From an uncultured Candidatus Micrarchaeota archaeon (GTDB lineage Archaea > Micrarchaeota > Micrarchaeia > Anstonellales > Bilamarchaeaceae), in NCBI GenBank assembly GCA_963714085.1, contig OY970229.1, positions 608,001-672,000 on the forward strand: a stretch of 64,000 bases of DNA. The letters are read 5' to 3'. Positions within the stretch are counted from its first letter, which is position 1. Every line of letters starts with the position of its first letter. Below, piece after piece: positions 57,302 through 64,000 of the stretch. A program made the translations under genes and the position numbers. The notes under the pieces were generated by a model. It did no database searches. It was given only the letters and a program-made list of their open reading frames with translations, and was not told the DNA's origin.

Positions 57302-60300
57302 CTATCCTGACCCGGGGGACGGCACGCAGTTTATGTCATAGTTCTTCACAGGCAGGCTGATGCCGCAGAACCCGCCCAGCTGGGTGAGCGAATTGCCAGT
57401 CCCGATGCCGCAGTCCTGGTTCGCGTTTCCGGTCCTGGAGAACACCGCCGGGGCGGTCACGGACGTGTAGTACATCTGCTTGAAGTACGTGTAGTTGGCC
57501 CCGGTCGAATCCGTCAGGCAGCATTTGCCGGGCTTGCTCATGCCGGCCATCACGTCCTCGTAGGCGTCCGAGACCATGTTCACGGATTTCACAAGCGGTT
57601 CTGACTCCTGGGTGCCGTTCCCGAAGCTCTCGGTGCAGTTGTATACCGTATTGGTCATGTTGCAGGGCGTGCATGGCTCGACCACGGTCTCATCCGGGCA
57701 TTTGTACTTGCCTACGTCCTCCAAGGGCACGCCCCCGGGCATCGTGCATTGGACGCCGTTGTCGCACGTCTTGCCGCACTCCCCCTGGGCCAGCTCCAGG
57801 GAGGTGCAGAGCGTGCAGTTCACGGACGGCACGGTAAACACCTGGACGAAAGTCGCGTACGGGTTGGTGCCGGCCATCCTGTTTATGGCGCTCTCGAGCG
57901 CGCAGAATTTCGTGGTTTTCATTCCGTATGGCAGTGCGATGCTGGTGCTAGTACCCGGCAGGGAAAACGACAGCACAGTGCTCACGAGGCTCTCCTTCTG
58001 CCCGGCCGTATTCGAGCTGTCGACGCGGACGGGCTGGTATATGAGGCCGATGATGCCGGCTTTCACCAGCTGGTCCTCGTTATTCACTATGCTGCTGAAG
58101 AGCGTCCCGTAGGTGTTGCCATTCCAGTATTGGTCGTCGGTCACGGTGAAATTGGTTATGATGACCGGCTTGCTATAGTTCAGCGCGGCCTCGCCATATG
58201 TCATCACGTCGTTGATCACGAATGAGGCCCTCGTGTCCGCTGTGATCGAACTGGCTGAGTATATCACCGTGTTCGCCAGCCGGGTTATGTACCCCGCCAA
58301 GCCCAAAAATCCTCCTGCTGTGGCCGCCCCATTGCCGTAATTCGAGGTGTCGTAGTCGGTCACGATCATGTCGACGTTGACCTTCAGCCTCGGGTCGAAG
58401 CCGAATAGCTGGCTCAGGTCGTTATCGTAGGTCGATAACCCTACGCTGCTTCCTGGCACCCTAACCGCGGTCAGGCATCTGGGACAGGCCGCCCTGACCA
58501 CCGCGGTCCTGTTCAATATCCTGTTCCTGGACAACGAAGCCGAGGAGGAATTGAACGTGTCCACGACCACCACTATCGCTCCGCTGTTGCCCAGGAGGCG
58601 CTGGAAATCGTACTCTTGGTACAGGCTCGAGTCCTGATGGCCCGATACTAAGCTGCTATCAACCCGTACTATCACATAGGGCGCGGTGAGGTTCCAGTTG
58701 CTGTTATCCGAGATGTCGATCACGGGCATTATGCCGGATTTGAGGTAGTTGCCCATGCGCTCCTTGATCAGGGTCGGGTCCTGGTCGGTCCTTGGAGCGC
58801 CTTCCGGAGTGACGTCGTAGGTGGTGTTCGTCACATAGACGCTGCCGCTGGTGCCCGAGTAGCCGTCTGTACTGCTGACGGATTCATAACCGGATGTCGA
58901 CGTCACGTGATAGATGAACAGGTTGCTGTAATCTCCGATGTCGGTCACGTACGGGTCGCCGCAGGAGGTGGTAATGTTGCTCGGTGAGTTAGCCGTGATA
59001 CTGCATATCGTGGTCGGGCTCACTCCCTGCCAGAGCTCCTGCTCCATCGATGGGATTGCCACCCTGTTGTCGCTGTTTGCGGATTTCGTGCCCGCTGTTA
59101 TCTTCTGGTAAGCCAGGGTCGTGAGCGTGCACGGCTCGCACCAACCGAAGCTCTGGATCTGCGGCAGGGTCGAACCCGGCTCTATGTCGCACCTGCCGAT
59201 CTTCATGTTGCCCCCTGAATCCTTCGTGCCCACGAGCAGGTATATGGTGCTCGGGACCAGAGCCTGGTAAGCCATGGGTTGCCAGTCAAGTCCATTGCCC
59301 TGGCCCAGATTTATCTGCCTGATTGACGCCTTTTGGAGGTTGCAGAGGTTGTTTCCTGCGAAATAGGGCGAGGTTGTCTGCTGGTATATGTTGTCCTGGT
59401 CCCTGAAGAAGTTCAGCGCTGGCGAGTTCAGGATGTCGTACTCAGGGTCGCCATACTTGGGGTCGCCACCGCCGCCACCGCCGCCATCACCAGAATCGTC
59501 CCCGCTAGAAGAATAGTACGCTGGAATGGCCACGAATTTCTTGTACTCGGGTATCCACGGCATGGAGGCGAAGAACAGGTCATCGATGTCGACTGAATTC
59601 GAGCGGTCGCAGTGCTCGTTCCACTCGTTAGCGTCATTCATATAGCCGTCCATGGTGTCGTTGTAGAGCGGCGCGAACGCGGTCAGAAGGCCTTGATAGG
59701 TGTCATAGAAGTCCTGCCCGGTGCCCGAGAGGTCGACTTTTATGTAGCTGGCGGTGGAAGGATAGCTGGTAACCGTATAATTGCACGGCGAGGGCGGCTC
59801 AGGATTGAATGTCGGGGCGTCTACCGGTGTGTCGGGGTTGGTTGTGTTGATGTAAGCTCTGCAATAAGCGAGGCATCTGCTTAATGTCGAATAGGCGCCG
59901 TTGGCGTAATTAAACTCGTCAGCCGGGCACTTTCCTGACTTTCCTAGAGTTCCCGCGCAATCGTCCTGGCAGATGGTTACCATCTGGTTCGGGGTCACTG
60001 GCGAATTATAAATGGGTTGGCCCCCCGGCATAGCGTCGAACGAGTAGTTCAGCACTGTGCTCACGGACGCGAAGATGCAGCTCTTGGCGAAATAGGTCTG
60101 CTCGAACTGCCCCGGGTCCGCCACCGCATAGCCGACTATGGTCTGGCCGTCGTATTGCACGTTCTGGTCGTCGAAGAACACGATCTGGCCCGCGGGCGGG
60201 TATGCGCCTGTCGTGTCCACATAGGAGTCCACCACATTGTTGGTCGAATCCCAGGTGACGCTGAAATCCGACGGAAGCAGGCTCACGGTCGCGGGGTCGC

Positions 60301-61903
60301 CGAACATCTCGTTCTGTATCGTATTGCCAAACTGATCCTGGTACGATCCAGTATTATAGAAGGAACCATCATTTGAGTCCCATAGCTGGATGTAGGTGTT
60401 CGTACCATCGAAGTAACCGCCCCCAGATGTAAGAGGCGTAGTGAAGAAGTTGTTCCACATCCAGTCGAGCTGGCACTTGTCGTGCTTCTGCTCGCCGCTC
60501 GCCGCACAGCTCGGAATGCCAGCGATCGGTACGTTATCCTGGACATAAGGAGCGTTTTCGGTGTCGCTGCCTGCGTCCTGCAGCTGGTTCCTGTCGTAGT
60601 CCTCAGTGGCAAGCGTAAACTGGACCGGCCTGTAGGTTACGTTGGCGTACACGAAGCTGGCGGTACCGCCTGCGTTGCTCGCGTTGATGGTCGGGTAGCA
60701 CACCACGACATTCTGGCCCGTCACCGTTTGGGTGCTCTTGCAGTCCGTGACCACGTAGCTCTGCGTGCCGGCCGCGTCCGTCACGACGTTCACGCCCCTG
60801 CTGTAGAAATCGTTCGAGCATTCCCCGGAGAGGCACTCGTACGCGGATTTGTCGCACTCGAAGGGCGCGCGCCCCACCGTCGTGTTGTAGAACTCCGGTA
60901 TGTAAGCGGTGGAGAGCGCCTCCCTGTAGAATCCTTTATCCAGCTTCTCGTAGTAGTAAAGGGCAGATTTGTTCAGCCTGCTCGAGGAATTGGAATTGGG
61001 CCAGTCGACTACGCCGGTCGTCGGATGAAGCGTAACCGTCCAGGCATAACCGAGATAATCTATGTACTTGTAGGATTTGAAATCCGTGATGAAGCTCGGG
61101 TTCATGCTCAATGCCTTCGTGATGGTGACGTTCAAGAACGCGTTGGTTCCTGCGGTCGTGAGCGGCAGTATGCTCGCGGTCGGGGTTATGCTCGCTGGGG
61201 GCACCGGCGCCGCGTCGCTCGTGCATGATGTGTTCATCTTCGTCGGGTCGTAGGCGACGTAGGTGCCGGATGCGGTCCCGGGCTGCAGGTAATTCATGTA
61301 CCTGTCTATGGTCCCGGTGGGGTTGATCATGCAGTCCTTGTCCGATATGGGGAAGTAATAATGATAGTAGTCGTATTCGTCGAAATTCGCTCCTATGCCG
61401 AACCTGAAGTCCCCTACCGCGGATTTCGAGGTCTTCATGATCCTCTCGAAGCTCGAGTCCAGGGGAAGGAACCTGCACTGGCCGTTGTAGAGCGCCTGCG
61501 TTTTCGTGCTGGTGCTGCTGGTCGGCATCTCGTTCGCCGCCTCCTGCACCGAGGCCACCCCGGGCGCGACCTGGGGCGCATAGGCGAAATCGCCGCACGC
61601 CATGGCCAGGCAGTCCGGCTTTATGCACTCGGTCAGGTTGTCGTCCGTGCAGAATGGTATGGCAGAGTCGACCGAATCGATGGTGACGTTGCACATCTCG
61701 CTGGTCTGGTTGCAATAGATGGTCTGCGGGTACATGTCGATGAAGGCGTCGTTGGACATGTTGAACCAGTAGCATTTGCCGTCTTTGGTCGCGTTGTTCC
61801 TGACGCAGCAGCCCAGCTCCTTGGATTTGGTTATGCAGCCCGCGGAGAGCAGCATGGCGAAGGCGATCGCGAGCGAGATTGCGAGTGCGGTCCTGGGCTT
61901 CAT
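57302..61903 (-). CDS. giant Cys-rich surface lipoprotein (1533 aa)
   Basis: LSAGC lipobox; many Cys residues and N-glycosylation sequons. Confidence 0.85.
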   Translation of the reverse strand: MKPRTALAISLAIAFAMLLSAGCITKSKELGCCVRNNATKDGKCYWFNMSNDAFIDMYPQTIYCNQTSEMCNVTIDSVDSAIPFCTDDNLTECIKPDCLAMACGDFAYAPQVAPGVASVQEAANEMPTSSTSTKTQALYNGQCRFLPLDSSFERIMKTSKSAVGDFRFGIGANFDEYDYYHYYFPISDKDCMINPTGTIDRYMNYLQPGTASGTYVAYDPTKMNTSCTSDAAPVPPASITPTASILPLTTAGTNAFLNVTITKALSMNPSFITDFKSYKYIDYLGYAWTVTLHPTTGVVDWPNSNSSSRLNKSALYYYEKLDKGFYREALSTAYIPEFYNTTVGRAPFECDKSAYECLSGECSNDFYSRGVNVVTDAAGTQSYVVTDCKSTQTVTGQNVVVCYPTINASNAGGTASFVYANVTYRPVQFTLATEDYDRNQLQDAGSDTENAPYVQDNVPIAGIPSCAASGEQKHDKCQLDWMWNNFFTTPLTSGGGYFDGTNTYIQLWDSNDGSFYNTGSYQDQFGNTIQNEMFGDPATVSLLPSDFSVTWDSTNNVVDSYVDTTGAYPPAGQIVFFDDQNVQYDGQTIVGYAVADPGQFEQTYFAKSCIFASVSTVLNYSFDAMPGGQPIYNSPVTPNQMVTICQDDCAGTLGKSGKCPADEFNYANGAYSTLSRCLAYCRAYINTTNPDTPVDAPTFNPEPPSPCNYTVTSYPSTASYIKVDLSGTGQDFYDTYQGLLTAFAPLYNDTMDGYMNDANEWNEHCDRSNSVDIDDLFFASMPWIPEYKKFVAIPAYYSSSGDDSGDGGGGGGGDPKYGDPEYDILNSPALNFFRDQDNIYQQTTSPYFAGNNLCNLQKASIRQINLGQGNGLDWQPMAYQALVPSTIYLLVGTKDSGGNMKIGRCDIEPGSTLPQIQSFGWCEPCTLTTLAYQKITAGTKSANSDNRVAIPSMEQELWQGVSPTTICSITANSPSNITTSCGDPYVTDIGDYSNLFIYHVTSTSGYESVSSTDGYSGTSGSVYVTNTTYDVTPEGAPRTDQDPTLIKERMGNYLKSGIMPVIDISDNSNWNLTAPYVIVRVDSSLVSGHQDSSLYQEYDFQRLLGNSGAIVVVVDTFNSSSASLSRNRILNRTAVVRAACPRCLTAVRVPGSSVGLSTYDNDLSQLFGFDPRLKVNVDMIVTDYDTSNYGNGAATAGGFLGLAGYITRLANTVIYSASSITADTRASFVINDVMTYGEAALNYSKPVIITNFTVTDDQYWNGNTYGTLFSSIVNNEDQLVKAGIIGLIYQPVRVDSSNTAGQKESLVSTVLSFSLPGTSTSIALPYGMKTTKFCALESAINRMAGTNPYATFVQVFTVPSVNCTLCTSLELAQGECGKTCDNGVQCTMPGGVPLEDVGKYKCPDETVVEPCTPCNMTNTVYNCTESFGNGTQESEPLVKSVNMVSDAYEDVMAGMSKPGKCCLTDSTGANYTYFKQMYYTSVTAPAVFSRTGNANQDCGIGTGNSLTQLGGFCGISLPVKNYDINCVPSPGSG

Positions 61904-62989
61904 TCATATCACCTTGGTCACCATTCTCATCAGCGTGTACGGGTCTCCGCCCAGCAGGGTCATCATGTAGCGCACGAAGGCGAGCGTGAGGAAGAGAGCG
62001 ACGAGGGGCTGCAGTATGAGGCCTATGTAGGCCTGCGAGAGCTGGTCGCTGATACGGGCGAAGCTGAGCGACTGTGTCGCGGCGCCCGCGGTGTTGGTGG
62101 ACACCATCGCCACCGCTGCGCTGAGCGTGGGATAGCAGAGCTGCTGCGCCAGGACCTGCGGGCTCCCCATGACCGGGGGCGAGTCCACCTTCACGAAGCC
62201 CGGGTCCAGAAGCACGAAGAAGACCGGGAACAGGAAGAAGAGCCCGACGCCGAGCGAGATGAACAGCGCGCCCGCGCCCCTCGTGAACTGGAACGAGCGG
62301 AGCAGTATGCCCAGCGGTATGAACATCGTCAGCATGGTGTTCTTCACGTAGAGCACCAGGAAGGACTGGGCGTCCAGCCCTATGAGCAGCACCGTGGCGA
62401 GGTTGTTCGATATGCGTATGGACTCTGTCTCCTGGAACATGCTGCCTATCCAGTCGCCCCTGAACACTGTGATCCCGAAGAACGATACCTGCATGTTGAG
62501 CAGGTTGAAGTCCAAGGCGCTGCCGCTGACGATGGCGTCCTGGATCTTCGCTATGGCCATCGCCTTCTCCTGGAGCCTGCACTGCACTATCGCGAGCATA
62601 TCCTGGAAGGATTGCGTTGCGACCTGGTCCGAGGTATCGGACGGGCCATTTATGTTTCCGGCCATGACCGGCATCTGCGTGCCGCCGCATGTGACGTAGG
62701 AGCTGCTGCTCCCCAGGACGCCGGCCACGAACGAGCCCGCGCCGGTGACGATGGTGGCGCCGCCGATGAGACACATCGCCATCAGGGCGGTTGCGATCGC
62801 CTGGAGTATCTCGGATTCGGCGTAATGCTCCAGCTCGGTCATTTTGAATGCCTTGGCGAACGCGATGAACAGGGCGTAGATGGTGACGGCTATCAGCGTG
62901 GCGAGTATGCACATGGGGAGCCAGCTGGCCCAGCTCCCGAAGAAATCCATGGCGTCAAGCAGCGGCATAACAGGCAACATAGTCATCAC
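61904..62989 (-). CDS. polytopic membrane protein, CedA/VirB6-like
   Basis: LGILLRSFQFTRGAGALFISLGVGLFFLFP helical hairpin; several TM helices. Confidence 0.65.
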   Translation of the reverse strand: MMTMLPVMPLLDAMDFFGSWASWLPMCILATLIAVTIYALFIAFAKAFKMTELEHYAESEILQAIATALMAMCLIGGATIVTGAGSFVAGVLGSSSSYVTCGGTQMPVMAGNINGPSDTSDQVATQSFQDMLAIVQCRLQEKAMAIAKIQDAIVSGSALDFNLLNMQVSFFGITVFRGDWIGSMFQETESIRISNNLATVLLIGLDAQSFLVLYVKNTMLTMFIPLGILLRSFQFTRGAGALFISLGVGLFFLFPVFFVLLDPGFVKVDSPPVMGSPQVLAQQLCYPTLSAAVAMVSTNTAGAATQSLSFARISDQLSQAYIGLILQPLVALFLTLAFVRYMMTLLGGDPYTLMRMVTKVI

Positions 62990-64000
62990 ACCATCTGGAG
63001 CAGCCTGCTCAGGTCTATCTCCTCACCGTAAATCCTCGCCAGGTAGTTCACCGAGGCCAGTGCCGCGAGCAGCGCGGCGGTCGGCAGGAACACTCCGGCT
63101 ATGAACGCGTAGGCCGCGAATGCTATCGCCCCCGCGGCGTTATCGACGCCGCCCGGGAAATATAACTTCTCGAAGTAGGCCGCCCCGCTGCTCAACGCGG
63201 CCGCCGTGGATGCGCCCAGCGCGCTGGCGCCGGCATTGTTGGGGAACACGTTCTCGTCCAGGAAGGGCGCCACATTCTGAGGCGGGCTCAGCAGCACGTC
63301 CGTCATCATCCCGAGTATCGCGAGCATGAGGGGGTATATCACCATGAACGAGAGGGCCAGGGCTATGAGCAGGGAGCCGAAGGAGCGCATGTAGGGCATG
63401 GAGCGCATGAATATGGCGAACGGGAGCAGGAACAGCACGAATCCCTTGTATATGAACATCAGTATGAACAGGAAATTGAGCGTCGTAAGGTATGCGACGA
63501 GGGTGCTGTTGAAGAACAGGTTGAGGGGGCCCATGACCGAGGAATAGGCGCCGAGGGCCGGGCCCTGGGTGCCGGAATAGGAGAAGAAGCAGCCCCACCC
63601 TATTGCCGGGATCGTGAAGACCCCGAAGACGCTTATCGGCGGCTGCCTCAGGTCGCAGCTGAACATGCTTATCTGGCTCAGGATGGTGAAGGCCTCGAGA
63701 TGGTAGCGCACCATCATGAGCGCGGTATGGCTGTAGATCAGCGTATTGGTGAGGTACGCCTGCGCCGCGGAGTACACCGAGCCGGAGTAGTCCGAACCGA
63801 TGGGCACCCCGAATATGGACGCCACGTCGCCCATGTTTATCGCGCAGAAGGAGTCCACCAGGAAGAGCAGGAGCGCCACTGAGGCCACGGACATGAGTAT
63901 CTGGATTATCTCCCCTTTGGCCCAGACGGTCACCTTGGGATTGCTTATGATCTGGCCTATGTAATAGCCGAACACTATGATCATTATGCCGGCCGCGCTT
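62986..64000 (-). CDS. polytopic membrane protein, CedA/VirB6-like paralogue (start probably beyond window edge)
   Basis: A..EI.Q motif; FAIFMRSMPYMRSFGSLLIALALSFMVIYP; ATGA overlap with the next gene. Confidence 0.65.
   Translation of the reverse strand, partial: SAAGIMIIVFGYYIGQIISNPKVTVWAKGEIIQILMSVASVALLLFLVDSFCAINMGDVASIFGVPIGSDYSGSVYSAAQAYLTNTLIYSHTALMMVRYHLEAFTILSQISMFSCDLRQPPISVFGVFTIPAIGWGCFFSYSGTQGPALGAYSSVMGPLNLFFNSTLVAYLTTLNFLFILMFIYKGFVLFLLPFAIFMRSMPYMRSFGSLLIALALSFMVIYPLMLAILGMMTDVLLSPPQNVAPFLDENVFPNNAGASALGASTAAALSSGAAYFEKLYFPGGVDNAAGAIAFAAYAFIAGVFLPTAALLAALASVNYLARIYGEEIDLSRLLQMV

Noticed and set aside
60936..63031. Long alternative-frame ORFs (658 aa, 556 aa) and others like them
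   Set aside because: Arg/Gly/His-rich shadow frames expected from high GC3 coding sequence.

Overview
GC-rich, gene-dense archaeal chromosome segment. The markers are PolD DP2, CDC48, Bud32, Pop5, an EndA unit, HerA, Elp3 and BHB-intron tRNAs. A DPANN lineage such as Micrarchaeota is my inference from overall gene style and is not verified. Besides housekeeping genes the window holds: (1) three copies of a regulatory cassette, each a tandem-duplicated Lrp/AsnC regulator separated by a 95-97 bp AT-rich divergent spacer from enzyme cargo (two paralogous radical SAM/SPASM-like enzymes, a B12-binding radical SAM with a Cx6Cx2C motif, and two orphan proteins); (2) a minus-strand cell-surface gene run at the right end, with two CedA/VirB6-like membrane paralogues, a 1533-aa Cys-rich lipoprotein with a possibly inactive glycoside-hydrolase-like barrel, a zinc-ribbon protein and a membrane-anchored Lon-like protease; (3) four tRNAs carrying four introns, two of them non-canonical (30/31 and 59/60), plus an apparently non-catalytic splicing-endonuclease subunit; (4) a LAGLIDADG intein in CDC48; (5) a ~0.9 kb low-GC element remnant at tRNA-Leu bounded by a 13-bp att-like repeat; (6) a copper-resistance locus with a membrane-anchored HTH regulator and palindromic operators; (7) small ORFs missed by the ORF track, including a free-standing NrdJ-like C-terminal zinc ribbon. 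No CRISPR array, rRNA or transposase was seen. All family calls rest on manual motif recognition; no searches were run.
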